Translations under genes and position numbers: made by a program
The notes under the pieces: generated by a model
Database searches by the model: none
Seen by the model: only the letters and a program-made list of their open reading frames with translations
What the model was told of the DNA's origin: nothing
Source: a virus
Direction: 5' to 3' (one strand)
DNA: 64,000 nucleotides
Virus record (IMG/VR): IMGVR_UViG_3300027749_000042
Shown here: positions 54,993 through 64,000 of the stretch, one piece after another
Layout of the letters: every line of letters starts with the position of its first letter
Numbering within the stretch: the stretch's first letter is position 1

Positions 54993-55271
54993 ATGGCACA
55001 TTATGGCTTTCACGAAGCACTCAAGCATGGCTTTGTAGTCGCGTCCGATCCCGCGCTAGATTGGGTCGTGGTCTGGAATGGCTTCAAGACCTTCAGCGTG
55101 TATGACCTTTGCACCGACGCCAACTGGAAGACCGGCCTGAACGAGGTTGATATGTTCACGTCGGATGTGGCTGACCACGAGGATGCCAAGCAATCCGCAG
55201 CCGACTATTTTGCCCGTATCTATGCCAGCTTTGAGGAAATTGAAGCCGAAGCAACCTTGATGGGAGTTTAA
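54993..55271 (+). CDS. hypothetical early protein
   Basis: AGGAG RBS. Confidence 0.65.
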   Translation: MAHYGFHEALKHGFVVASDPALDWVVVWNGFKTFSVYDLCTDANWKTGLNEVDMFTSDVADHEDAKQSAADYFARIYASFEEIEAEATLMGV

Positions 55272-55273
55272 AA

Positions 55274-55465
55274 ATGACCAAGCTTTATATTAGCCAGCGC
55301 GATGCTTGGGATGTTTCCGACTATGTGGAACAGCTTATGACCCTCAGTGAGGTCGTGGAAGTTCCTGGCGTGAATGAGCAAATCAGCCAGCTTCGGTATG
55401 AGATGCTACATAAGTTTACCAAGGAAGAACTTGAAGCCCAGGGCGTCGTCCCTCTCAACGGTTAA
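55274..55465 (+). CDS. hypothetical protein
   Basis: GGAG RBS. Confidence 0.65.
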   Translation: MTKLYISQRDAWDVSDYVEQLMTLSEVVEVPGVNEQISQLRYEMLHKFTKEELEAQGVVPLNG

Positions 55466-55476
55466 GGAGTAATAAC

Positions 55477-55965
55477 ATGCCGAATTGGTGCAGCAATACC
55501 ATCACTGTTTCCCATGAAGATGGCGAGCAAATGGCTAAGTTTGAGAAGGCTATGGGCGAAGGCAATCTGTTTCAGACCTTCGTTCCGCTTTCGAGCGGCG
55601 AGTGGGACTACGGTACTGCCTGCGAGGAGTGGGGTACCAAGTGGGACGTGAATGGTGGTGATTTCAATTTTGATGATATGGCTGGCGATTATAATACTGG
55701 CTTTGGTTTCTTTGATACAGCCTGGGGCCCTCCGATTGCTTTCTATGAAGCAATGAAGGAGCTTGGTTTCCAGATCACTGCTACTTACCACGAGCCGGGC
55801 CTCGCTTTCATTGGTCAGTGGTCCAATGAAGATGGCGACGAGTGTTTCGAATATGACTTCGAACAGGAAGACTGGCGTGATGGCATTCCAGAGGAACTGA
55901 CCGAGCAGCTAGAAGCTGATTACGATTCCTGGCTTGAATCCCAAGAAGAGATTGAGGAGGAATAA
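55477..55965 (+). CDS. DUF1281/YubB ferredoxin-like protein
   Basis: MPNWC.N, WGTKW, FDTAW.PP, EPG. Confidence 0.8.
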   Translation: MPNWCSNTITVSHEDGEQMAKFEKAMGEGNLFQTFVPLSSGEWDYGTACEEWGTKWDVNGGDFNFDDMAGDYNTGFGFFDTAWGPPIAFYEAMKELGFQITATYHEPGLAFIGQWSNEDGDECFEYDFEQEDWRDGIPEELTEQLEADYDSWLESQEEIEEE

Positions 55966-55967
55966 TC

Positions 55968-56231
55968 ATGCCGTACAAGACCGTCGAAGTTTGGATTGAT
56001 GACGAGGAAATTAAAGAGGGTATCGACGAATTTGATGACCAGGACCTCATTGACGAACTGGAACATCGTGGGTACTACGTCGAGAAAACAATCGCAATTT
56101 CTGGTGAGACCACGGACTCAATTGCAACGGCAATCTGGGCGCTGTACCAAGCATATATAACCGAGACCGATGCAGGTTTCAGACGAACCGCAGCTAAGGT
56201 ATTCTGGGAACATTTAGGAAAGACGGCCTAA
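55968..56231 (+). CDS. hypothetical protein
   Basis: GGAGG RBS. Confidence 0.65.
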   Translation: MPYKTVEVWIDDEEIKEGIDEFDDQDLIDELEHRGYYVEKTIAISGETTDSIATAIWALYQAYITETDAGFRRTAAKVFWEHLGKTA

Positions 56232-56467
56232 TGAACGAACTTATCCACGCCGAAATCAAGATTAGCTTTATGAACTGGATCCAATCCGAAATCTTTCGGA
56301 TCAAGGAAAACAATCCAGAAATTCGTGTGGGTCGGATCGCTCAGGATGTGACCGACACCGCATTTGCGGTTTTGCTCGGCGTGTGGGAAACCTCTCACGG
56401 TGCAAAGCAGATGGCCGAAGAGTTCTACCAAGTGGCTGATGCAATGGTGGCTAAGGCTAACCGCTAA
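56231..56467 (+). CDS. hypothetical protein
   Basis: coupled ORF. Confidence 0.6.
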   Translation: MNELIHAEIKISFMNWIQSEIFRIKENNPEIRVGRIAQDVTDTAFAVLLGVWETSHGAKQMAEEFYQVADAMVAKANR

Positions 56468-56478
56468 AGGATGATGAT

Positions 56479-57069
56479 ATGTTGATTGGTCTCTGTGGTC
56501 TCATTGGTTCTGGTAAGGGTACCGTCGCTGAATATCTCATGGAAGAGCATTACTTCCTTGGTGCTTCCTTCGCTGAAAAGCTGAAGGATGCCTGCGCTTG
56601 CATCTTCGGATGGGATCGTGATATGCTTGAAGGTGATACGCCTGAGAGCCGTCGCTTGCGTGAAATAGTTGATCCCTGGTGGGCCGATCGGCTTGGCATT
56701 CCTCATTTCAGTCCTCGGTTTGCACTCCAGCACGTCGGTACTGAGGTCATGCGTGGTACATTGCATCCTGATATCTGGGTGTTGGCTACTGAGCGGATGC
56801 TGAGCTACCATCTGTCGTTGGACTTCTCTGAGAACATTGTTATTGCCGATGTCCGCTTTCCCAATGAGATAGCTATGATCCGTCGGCTTGGCGGGCAAGT
56901 CTGGCATATCCAGCGTGGCAAATTGCCTGACTGGTTTGGCAAGAAGCATCCTGCTGGCATCCATGAGTCCGAATATGCATGGAATAATGAGACCTTTGAC
57001 CTGACGATCCATAACAATGAGACGATGAGTAGCCTATACAAAAAGGTTGACACCATCGTCCAGAAGTGA
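56479..57069 (+). CDS. 1: deoxynucleoside monophosphate kinase (T4 gp1-like)
   Basis: G.IGSGK.T, FA..LK, PR..LQ..GTE, DVRFPNE, HESE. Confidence 0.93.
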   Translation: MLIGLCGLIGSGKGTVAEYLMEEHYFLGASFAEKLKDACACIFGWDRDMLEGDTPESRRLREIVDPWWADRLGIPHFSPRFALQHVGTEVMRGTLHPDIWVLATERMLSYHLSLDFSENIVIADVRFPNEIAMIRRLGGQVWHIQRGKLPDWFGKKHPAGIHESEYAWNNETFDLTIHNNETMSSLYKKVDTIVQK

Positions 57070-57075
57070 TATGAT
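57047..57075 (+). promoter_or_regulatory. sigma70 promoter
   Basis: TTGACA-17-TATGAT. Confidence 0.7.
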
Positions 57076-57098
57076 GTTTCCACAATAGGAGATCAAGC

Positions 57099-57476
57099 AT
57101 GAAAGTTGGCGATGTGGTAACTGTTATGGTTCGCGATCCTCGCAATGCAGCCATGTATTGTGCTGGCGTTGTGCGCGAGTGGAACGAATACACCGGCACC
57201 ATCGTGCCTAATCTCAAAGGCTTTGGCCCTGATGTTTTCTGCCTGTCTACGGGTGATGCCAAGTTTCCCGTGCGCATGATAGAGAAGGCTAGGACCACAT
57301 TCTATCGTGCTGAATTTGAAGGTGCTACTGTCACGCCTACATCCAAGACCTTCATCGTCAAGGGTTCAAAGCCCGGCTCGTCATACACTGTTACCTGTGA
57401 TGGTTCGCACTGGAGCTGCACATGTGTTGGTTTTGGCTTCCGTAAAGACTGCAAGCATGTTCGGGAGTGCAAGTGA
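57099..57476 (+). CDS. SWIM zinc-finger protein
   Basis: WSCTC.GF.FR..CKH. Confidence 0.8.
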   Translation: MKVGDVVTVMVRDPRNAAMYCAGVVREWNEYTGTIVPNLKGFGPDVFCLSTGDAKFPVRMIEKARTTFYRAEFEGATVTPTSKTFIVKGSKPGSSYTVTCDGSHWSCTCVGFGFRKDCKHVRECK

Positions 57477-57781
57477 TGCCTTTCGGCGGATATAATAAAC
57501 TAGACGATGGTGAGTATAAAGATTTTTCACCGTGGGGCCCAAGGAGAGAACCGTTGATTACCGAAGAGCGTTTACACGAGATCATTACTCAAGCTGGCTT
57601 TCGCGTTGATGAAGATGAGATACTTTCTCGCTGGCGCGAAGGTGTGGATATTTCCGATGATGTTATGAAGCTTATCAAGTTGGTCGCTGAGGAGTGTATC
57701 AGACTTGGCGAAGAATCGCAATATAAATGCAGGACATTTCCTGTGTCGGTAGCAATCAAAGATCATTTTGGAATCAAGTAA
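57476..57781 (+). CDS. hypothetical protein
   Basis: GGAG RBS; IKDHFG. Confidence 0.6.
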   Translation: MPFGGYNKLDDGEYKDFSPWGPRREPLITEERLHEIITQAGFRVDEDEILSRWREGVDISDDVMKLIKLVAEECIRLGEESQYKCRTFPVSVAIKDHFGIK

Positions 57782-58065
57782 TGCCTAGATATTCGTTGGT
57801 ACGTGACAAAGATGGTGCTGGTGACTCCGGGCCTATGTGTGAAATCCTTGACGCTGAGAGCGGCACGGCTGTAAAGAATGCTGACTACCCTATGGTTGGT
57901 TATGGTGTTCGCGTTGGCTCGCCGTATGGTCGTACATACTCCGCACAAGATTATTGGCAGACAACACCGATTACCGAAATCACTGAGGAGTCTGTCAATG
58001 ATGAAGGTTTCTGGACCGTGAAGTTCAAGACCAAAAACTCAAGCTACATATGGAAGGAGTTTTGA
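57781..58065 (+). CDS. hypothetical protein
   Basis: WQTT.ITEI...F.T.NS.Y. Confidence 0.65.
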   Translation: MPRYSLVRDKDGAGDSGPMCEILDAESGTAVKNADYPMVGYGVRVGSPYGRTYSAQDYWQTTPITEITEESVNDEGFWTVKFKTKNSSYIWKEF

Positions 58066-58066
58066 T

Positions 58067-58285
58067 ATGACAGTCCGCATTGAATATATGATAGTAAATG
58101 TTATCGGTTCAGTTATTACCAATTGGTGTACAACGGAAGGTTCCGTACAAAATGATCCACAGGTGTACATACCTCGCGCATACGCGGCAGCGAATCGTTT
58201 TTCTCAAGGAATGAACGGTCATAAGGCGCGAGTCCGTATAGTTGATGAACAAACAAGCAGAATAGTGGATATGGTAAATGTCTGA
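58067..58285 (+). CDS. hypothetical protein
   Basis: AGGAG RBS. Confidence 0.6.
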   Translation: MTVRIEYMIVNVIGSVITNWCTTEGSVQNDPQVYIPRAYAAANRFSQGMNGHKARVRIVDEQTSRIVDMVNV

Positions 58286-58748
58286 TAAAGATGATATGTG
58301 GGAAGCTTTTGCAAAGATAGGTGAGCTAATGGAAGAGCGTGAAAAAGAACTTGACAATCTCGCAGAAACCTGCGATTATGATATGAAGCTTGCAGTTACT
58401 CGTTGGGTGTTCAAACACATTGCAGCTCATGGCGCAGAAGGTGGTTCTTATCGCCATCTGATTTATGATCGTCTTGGTTTTGGACCTGATGCTTATGCGC
58501 CATTGTGTAGTGATGGGCTATTCATCAGTAATGAGTTTGATGCTGAGGCTTTGCCGAATGCCAGACATATGCTCAAAGGAGCATTCGAAAAGGGTCGCGA
58601 AGATATGCGCGAATATCATTTCAAAGAACTAAAAGAAGTCCTGAATTGTTGTGATGAGCCAGGATGCTATGAAGTTACCAGCTGCGGCTGGCCTACCGAA
58701 GACGGCGGATACCGTCATACCTGTTATACCCATATGAAGGATAAGTAA
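58278..58748 (+). CDS. hypothetical protein with C-terminal Cys/His cluster
   Basis: GSYR.LIYD.LGF; CDEPGC...C..H. Confidence 0.65.
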   Translation: MSDKDDMWEAFAKIGELMEEREKELDNLAETCDYDMKLAVTRWVFKHIAAHGAEGGSYRHLIYDRLGFGPDAYAPLCSDGLFISNEFDAEALPNARHMLKGAFEKGREDMREYHFKELKEVLNCCDEPGCYEVTSCGWPTEDGGYRHTCYTHMKDK

Positions 58749-58749
58749 A

Positions 58750-58959
58750 ATGACTGATACCGTGAAGACGACTGTTACCTTTACCACCGAGACTGTTGGT
58801 TCGGCTGATGAGCATTATCCTGATAACATTACCACGCTTTCGTTTGATGGTACCGACGCGACCGTGACGACAATGTGTGCCCAGTTCGCGCAATTCCTTC
58901 GTGCGGCTGGATATACATATGTGGATCGTGTCGAGTTCACAACGGAGAATGATTTCTAA
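58750..58959 (+). CDS. hypothetical protein
   Basis: F..FL.A.GY. Confidence 0.65.
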   Translation: MTDTVKTTVTFTTETVGSADEHYPDNITTLSFDGTDATVTTMCAQFAQFLRAAGYTYVDRVEFTTENDF

Positions 58960-59588
58960 TGGATGATGATAAGTTTTTCGTGTTCGATGATGTTCTAACA
59001 AAAAAAGAACACGAGAATCTATTTAAAAGCATTAAGATGCTGAAGTGGACTAATATGTGGTCTTCGGTGCTAGGGTCTGAAAGAGAAAGTGGACCTTGGC
59101 ACTGGAATCACACATTCTTCGAAGCTAGGCAAAATATGCCAGCAATGACAATAGAACAGCTTGCAGAGATGGATAAACTTTATCCAGACCTTACTGCTCT
59201 ATACGCAAAAATCATGGACCTTTCTAAAAAGTATGTGGGCAAATGTGATATTTTGCGTCTATATTCAAACTGTAATCCATATGGTACCAATGCGTATGTT
59301 CACCAAGATGATGGTGATTATACCGCGATTTACTATCCTTGTACCGAGTGGGAATCAGAGTGGGAAGGTGGCACATGCTTTTATGAACGAGACGAGAACA
59401 AACGACTTGATGCCATTCGTTATGTTTCGTACAAGCCTAATCGTATGGTAATCTTCACAGGAAAAATACCACATCGAGGTATGCCAGTTGACCGACGATG
59501 CATTCTACCTCGATACGTTATCGCATCAAAACTTCAACGAGACGTTAATGATTCAGAATATGCAAAGGAATTTTTCAATGAAAAGTGA
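58959..59588 (+). CDS. 2OG-Fe(II) oxygenase
   Basis: HQD, W.GGT.F, PNR.VIF.G.IPH, R. Confidence 0.85.
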   Translation: MDDDKFFVFDDVLTKKEHENLFKSIKMLKWTNMWSSVLGSERESGPWHWNHTFFEARQNMPAMTIEQLAEMDKLYPDLTALYAKIMDLSKKYVGKCDILRLYSNCNPYGTNAYVHQDDGDYTAIYYPCTEWESEWEGGTCFYERDENKRLDAIRYVSYKPNRMVIFTGKIPHRGMPVDRRCILPRYVIASKLQRDVNDSEYAKEFFNEK

Positions 59589-59685
59589 TCTTGAAATGTT
59601 GGTGCGCGTGGACATGCATCAGAATGGCTATGATCCGGATACATGGGCTGATGTTGTGGAGTACTGGAACAAGCGCCTTGGCTAA
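59578..59685 (+). CDS. small hypothetical protein
   Basis: AAGGA RBS. Confidence 0.5.
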   Translation: MKSDLEMLVRVDMHQNGYDPDTWADVVEYWNKRLG

Positions 59686-59836
59686 GCTATGGCGCATCTG
59701 GGCCAAAGCCCTCGGCAGAAAAGCCGGCATTGATGATAGGGAGTCGGACCGGGTAGCACTGGTCCGAACTCTCATTATCATTTCGTACATCATAACCAAC
59801 TGTTTCATCATTGCTGGCGTGATCCGACATTGGTAA
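59678..59836 (+). CDS. small membrane protein
   Basis: WRIWAKALG...NCFIIAGVIRHW. Confidence 0.6.
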   Translation: MAKLWRIWAKALGRKAGIDDRESDRVALVRTLIIISYIITNCFIIAGVIRHW

Positions 59837-59839
59837 TGG

Positions 59840-59868
59840 TTGACTTCTGTGCGTTTACCATGTATTAT
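59840..59868 (+). promoter_or_regulatory. sigma70 promoter
   Basis: TTGACT-17-TATTAT. Confidence 0.65.
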
Positions 59869-59894
59869 ACACCTATGATGAGAGGAGAGCAGCT

Positions 59895-60575
59895 ATGAAG
59901 ATTGGCATTATGTCCGATTTGCATATGTACAAGACGGTACTAACCGAAGAGACACCTTGGGACTTTGAGCCTGAAGCCGATGTGTTCTATATCTGCGCTG
60001 GTGATATCTGCGAGGACAATGATGCTCGCGCACGATTTAACCAAAAGCATTACGATCACATGTTGTCTATCCATGGCAACCATGATTACTATGGCAACAC
60101 ATTCTCGGATGCCAAGTACCACACGATCCTGCGTTCGGTCAACGGCGTTCGCATTGCTGGTGCTACTCTGTGGACTGATGTTCGCGACAATCTTGCTTGG
60201 TATACATACAAGAAAGGCTTGATTGATTGTGCCTATATCGAAGACCTCACGCACGAGGCTATGATTGAGGCCCACGAGATGCACAAGCATTTTCTGTTTG
60301 GCATGGATGCAGATATCATTGTGTCGCATCATGCGCCTACGATGCGTTCGGTGCATGAACGCTACATGAACGATCCGCATAATGTGTGCTTTGCCAATAA
60401 TCTTGAGAAACAGATTCTCAATATGAAAAAGCCGCCGAAGCTTTGGATTCACGGACATACGCACGATGACTTCGACTATATGATTGGTGATACTCGTGTG
60501 ATCTGTCATCCGCGCGGCTACAAGAACGAGCGTGGCGACTATTGGAGATATGCTCCGAAGATTGTGGAGATTTGA
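59895..60575 (+). CDS. calcineurin-like metallophosphoesterase
   Basis: SDLH, AGD, GNHD, HHAP, HGHTH, PRGY. Confidence 0.9.
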   Translation: MKIGIMSDLHMYKTVLTEETPWDFEPEADVFYICAGDICEDNDARARFNQKHYDHMLSIHGNHDYYGNTFSDAKYHTILRSVNGVRIAGATLWTDVRDNLAWYTYKKGLIDCAYIEDLTHEAMIEAHEMHKHFLFGMDADIIVSHHAPTMRSVHERYMNDPHNVCFANNLEKQILNMKKPPKLWIHGHTHDDFDYMIGDTRVICHPRGYKNERGDYWRYAPKIVEI

Positions 60576-60576
60576 A

Positions 60577-60858
60577 ATGGTGAAGCAAATCAAAGGTTTC
60601 GTAATTGTTCCGCCTGGTGAAAATGCGTGGCAGCTAGGATACTGGACATTTGCTCCTACTGCTGGCGAAGCATGGTATAGAAAGCTTGGGCACGAGGTAC
60701 ATGATATCGAACGCCCTCGCCGTATTCAAGCATGGCATGATCGCGGACATAGACTAAGAGAAGCAACACTTACCATTCATCCCGGCGAGGATGAGATTGA
60801 GGCCACAAATGGTAAACCTTCCAACCCTAATCTACACGAAACAACTCATACAGAGTAA
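60577..60858 (+). CDS. hypothetical protein
   Basis: GGAG RBS. Confidence 0.6.
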   Translation: MVKQIKGFVIVPPGENAWQLGYWTFAPTAGEAWYRKLGHEVHDIERPRRIQAWHDRGHRLREATLTIHPGEDEIEATNGKPSNPNLHETTHTE

Positions 60859-61180
60859 CACTTATGCAAAATTCACCGAAGATACTGATCCACCAATCGA
60901 AACTATCATTGAAGCATCAGATGTTAAAGAACGCATCATGGAATATCTTGGCGCGGTTCTTGCAAGATGTTGGTACGATAAAGACCTCGCGCACGGATTG
61001 GCCTATTCGCCACACAAAGCATTAAGGAAGATAGGTGTCTTTCTGCCTGAAGAGCTTGAGATAAAGATTGAACGTAAAGACAAACAGCGCCCACGGCTCG
61101 TTATCTATGAATGGAACGGTGAGCGCACATTCAAAGTCCGTATCTGCTACTTGCAGATGATTATGATGGCAGGGAAATAA
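60809..61180 (+). CDS. protein with nitrile-hydratase-leader (NHLP)-like segment
   Basis: LARCWYDKDL...P..AL..IGV.LPE.LEIKI. Confidence 0.5.
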   Translation: MVNLPTLIYTKQLIQSNTYAKFTEDTDPPIETIIEASDVKERIMEYLGAVLARCWYDKDLAHGLAYSPHKALRKIGVFLPEELEIKIERKDKQRPRLVIYEWNGERTFKVRICYLQMIMMAGK

Positions 61181-61199
61181 CATAAACAAGGAAAATAAC

Positions 61200-61637
61200 A
61201 TGAACAGAGAAGATGCACCACACCTGAGCGATGACCGATTCAATGATTTGATTCTTGCTCTAGGCACTCTCAGAGAAGCAATCAAAAATCTCAATGAAAA
61301 AAACGAGCGACTTGTTTCTGGCCCTGGCGGCATCATGGAAATGAAGCAGACCATTGCTGATAAAGAACAGCGCATCGAAGAGCTGGAAAGCCGGTTTTTC
61401 ATGGTAAACCAATTTAAGTTGTATTTCCATGCTTTCAATAAAGCCGCCGACCGAATTGAGAAGCTAGAGACGGCATTGGAGCATACAATGGAGTGCTTCC
61501 TCGGTGCTAGAGAGGCGTTGAAGGAATGCGTCATTGAGCGGGATGAAGCCCGCAAAGCACTGGAAGGGAAAGAACCTCTCGAATGGACAGAGAACTATGG
61601 GCAAGGTTCAGAGCCGTGGTTGAAAGATGTGAAGTGA
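61200..61637 (+). CDS. coiled-coil hypothetical protein
   Basis: AADRIE.LE; AAGGA RBS. Confidence 0.65.
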   Translation: MNREDAPHLSDDRFNDLILALGTLREAIKNLNEKNERLVSGPGGIMEMKQTIADKEQRIEELESRFFMVNQFKLYFHAFNKAADRIEKLETALEHTMECFLGAREALKECVIERDEARKALEGKEPLEWTENYGQGSEPWLKDVK

Positions 61638-61789
61638 TGAAACTTGCTTGGTTATGTTACCCACACGATTATGGAGATGATCCAGATGATCTGTATCCTG
61701 TGATTCGTTTCGTAGAACCAGAGCGTTGGGTGTGGCGCAAAATTGTGCCTATCGTCTATGCTATATTAGAGGTTGACAACGATGAATAG
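61637..61789 (+). CDS. small hypothetical protein
   Basis: coupled ORF. Confidence 0.55.
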   Translation: MKLAWLCYPHDYGDDPDDLYPVIRFVEPERWVWRKIVPIVYAILEVDNDE

Positions 61790-62228
61790 ACGTAGTATGC
61801 TATCCTTTCTCGGTATTGGTGCTGTTGCTGGTACAGCCGTTGGTAGTCGTGGCTTTGATAATCCTGTTCCTTCTACTCATGGCACAACTTACGATATGGC
61901 ATATTCTATTACCAAAGAACCATACGACATTCCTATGGTAAAAGATACCACTGCATATGTCAAAGAAATGCAGGAACAGCTATCGCTAATCACTAGTGAC
62001 CCTGCTAAATGGATCGCTCAGAGAGTTACTGACGAAATGAAAGACTGGCGTATGGGATTTTCAGGTGTCAGGTTCAATGATATTGATCCCGATATTCGCA
62101 ACATGAAATCAATCACAGAAGTGGCTAAAATGCGTATATACTTTGAACGGCGAGCAACACGGCAAGCTGAAGTCAATCAAACGTCTTTGACACACCGCAT
62201 TGCAGAATATCTGGGAATTAACAAATGA
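61782..62228 (+). CDS. hypothetical protein with twin-arginine-like N-terminus
   Basis: MNRRSMLSFLGIGAVAG. Confidence 0.6.
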   Translation: MNRRSMLSFLGIGAVAGTAVGSRGFDNPVPSTHGTTYDMAYSITKEPYDIPMVKDTTAYVKEMQEQLSLITSDPAKWIAQRVTDEMKDWRMGFSGVRFNDIDPDIRNMKSITEVAKMRIYFERRATRQAEVNQTSLTHRIAEYLGINK

Positions 62229-62770
62229 ATCGGTTTATCCTAGACCAGAATCCAGTCAAGGCTGCGGAGTATCACTGCGATAAGCATGTGGTCAAGATGA
62301 TTCTCGAGGAAGCACAGATGCTTTCTACGGTCCATCGGATCATCGACGGCGATGAATATGTTGACGCATCATCTGGTCGCAAGATCAAACGGTGGCGTTT
62401 GAATGATGACCGTGAGCTTACACTATACAAGGCTACACATGTTGGTCATCCGTGTACGCAGTGGGCTATGCAGTCTTCGGACAACTATGTGTGGGCTGTC
62501 ATGTTATTCCGTGCGCTACTAAATGAGTATCGCCATCGGTATAACAAGGTACACAAATGCGAAATGTTGTGGCAAACTTTGCACCATAAGCCCAATGGTA
62601 TGAAGAACGGTCCTGTGTATGAATTTCCACAAGCTATGCCTGACGACTGCAAGCAGAATGATCCTGTCGAAGGCTATCGGAAGTACTACATAGAACACAA
62701 AGCGCATTTCGCAAAATGGACAAATCGGCCTGCACCAGATTGGTTTAAATATGACAAATCAAGCGTTTGA
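62225..62770 (+). CDS. pyrimidine-dimer DNA glycosylase-like protein
   Basis: HCDKHVVKM..E.AQMLST, HPC..W, QAMP, YR.YY. Confidence 0.8.
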   Translation: MNRFILDQNPVKAAEYHCDKHVVKMILEEAQMLSTVHRIIDGDEYVDASSGRKIKRWRLNDDRELTLYKATHVGHPCTQWAMQSSDNYVWAVMLFRALLNEYRHRYNKVHKCEMLWQTLHHKPNGMKNGPVYEFPQAMPDDCKQNDPVEGYRKYYIEHKAHFAKWTNRPAPDWFKYDKSSV

Positions 62771-63281
62771 AGGTGACATCAAAGATAATTATTTCTTTGT
62801 GGGTACCGATGGTGTTAAAGATATTGGAAAAATTTGCAGTGATTACAACGCAAAAACAGTTTTAGATTATGGTGCTGGAAAGACATTGTTAAATATACCG
62901 GGTGTAACTGTCACTCGTTATGATCCATTTCTACTCAACTATAATAGATTTCCTGGAGGCACATATGATATTGTGGTATGCCACAATTCTCTAAATCATG
63001 TCAATAAAGAACATTTGAATCAAACTTTAAATATTCTTTACGATTGTGTCAAATATGCACTGGTTACGAATATCCAATTCCCAGGAAAAAATAAAATTAG
63101 AACAAGCGAATATTTGCAAGCATTTGAAGCCTCACGGTTTACAACAAAAGACCATACTCGAACGTCACTAAACGCATTCGAAAAACTAATCAATGTGAAT
63201 ATCACACATATGCAACCACATTGGACTATAGAACCGGCCGTTCTATATTTTCTCCTAGAAAAAGGATCACAATGTTCATAA
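62751..63281 (+). CDS. SAM-methyltransferase-like protein
   Basis: VLDYGAGK, YDP, D.VVC...L.HV. Confidence 0.7.
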   Translation: MTNQAFEGDIKDNYFFVGTDGVKDIGKICSDYNAKTVLDYGAGKTLLNIPGVTVTRYDPFLLNYNRFPGGTYDIVVCHNSLNHVNKEHLNQTLNILYDCVKYALVTNIQFPGKNKIRTSEYLQAFEASRFTTKDHTRTSLNAFEKLINVNITHMQPHWTIEPAVLYFLLEKGSQCS

Positions 63282-63484
63282 AAGTAACAAACACCGCGAA
63301 TGAATTTCAAGGTGAAGCCATCTTCATTAATGTCGATCATATCACTGCGGTATATGACCATGCTAAAATTAAAGATGGTAGCTTGACAACCTTCATTCAT
63401 GCAAGAATTGGACCTCCGATCACATGGGAAGTTGAAGAGTCCGCCACACAAGTTATGAAACTAATCAAGGAAGCTACAGTATGA
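63272..63484 (+). CDS. FlbD-like small hypothetical protein
   Basis: MFIK.T, INVDHI, VEES..V. Confidence 0.6.
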   Translation: MFIKVTNTANEFQGEAIFINVDHITAVYDHAKIKDGSLTTFIHARIGPPITWEVEESATQVMKLIKEATV

Positions 63485-64000
63485 ACACTGCTAAAATTAT
63501 TGCTATGACAGAACCGAAGATTTGGACGGATGCACCCGGTGATCCTCAGAAGCTTTCGGTTGATGAGTTTATCGCATACGTGGCCCGCGTGAGTAATCCA
63601 TCTAATCAGAATAACTCACTGACAGCTTCAAAGCTTTTGAAGTACCTTGCGAAGCATAAGCATTGGTCACCGTTTGAGATGGTTGATGTGGTGATGGAAA
63701 TCAATACCACCCGTGATATTGGTAGACAGATCCTGCGTCACCGTTCATTCCGTTTTCAGGAGTTCAGTCAACGCTATGCCGATCCCACAAAAGACATGGG
63801 GTTCGTTACCCGTGAAGCCCGTCTACAAGACACAAAAAACCGACAGAACTCGATTGAGATTTCCGACGAAGATCTCAAACGGGAATGGCACAACAACCAA
63901 GTCATGCTCATCAAAGCAGCAGAACAAACATACAACTGGGCAATCGAAAACGGAATCGCAAAGGAGCAAGCTCGTGCTGTACTACCTGAGGGACTTATTC
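63481..64000 (+). CDS. thyX: FAD-dependent thymidylate synthase (3' end outside window)
   Basis: ARVS, HWSPFE, RHRSF.FQEFSQRY, KEQAR.VLP. Confidence 0.96.
   Translation, partial: MNTAKIIAMTEPKIWTDAPGDPQKLSVDEFIAYVARVSNPSNQNNSLTASKLLKYLAKHKHWSPFEMVDVVMEINTTRDIGRQILRHRSFRFQEFSQRYADPTKDMGFVTREARLQDTKNRQNSIEISDEDLKREWHNNQVMLIKAAEQTYNWAIENGIAKEQARAVLPEGLI

Noticed and set aside
1-64000. Genome-wide TAG recoding suggested by the amber tRNA
   Set aside because: Core and late genes are intact in the standard code and many end in TAG followed by a new RBS/ATG; no TAG-split genes were seen

Overview
64 kb of a large T4-like (myovirus-type) bacteriophage genome, almost all on the + strand, standard genetic code. 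The host is probably an alphaproteobacterium (Rhizobiales-like): the window has an Omp25/RopB-type porin, a PlcP-like enzyme, a DUF3008-like module, a tRNA-His without G-1 and a B12-dependent RNR. Layout: (1) 1-17.6 kb holds the gp41 helicase, glutaredoxin, a secreted cell-wall hydrolase, a late block of putative head-packaged proteins and polyproteins, Dps, a holin candidate, spanins, the gp61 primase and NrdJ. (2) 17.6-27.7 kb holds glycosyltransferase, lipid and metabolic auxiliary genes. (3) 27.7-31 kb is an early island with consensus sigma70 promoters. (4) 30.3-41.7 kb is a tRNA array interleaved with unknown structured RNAs and accessory genes; the window has 29 tRNAs covering all 20 amino acids plus an amber suppressor. 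(5) 42-47 kb is a GDP-colitose-type pathway with a GT11 transferase. (6) 47-64 kb holds RNase H, MazG, a second early island, dNMP kinase and ThyX. The most striking unexplained feature is a candidate translation-termination/rescue system in the tRNA array. An ArfA-like ORF has its codon 41 starting exactly at nt 1 of a tRNA, three more CDSs have stop codons inside tRNAs, and an amber suppressor tRNA is followed directly by a minigene MKVFFL-amber-VFRPP-stop. All family assignments come from motif recognition by eye; no database searches were run.
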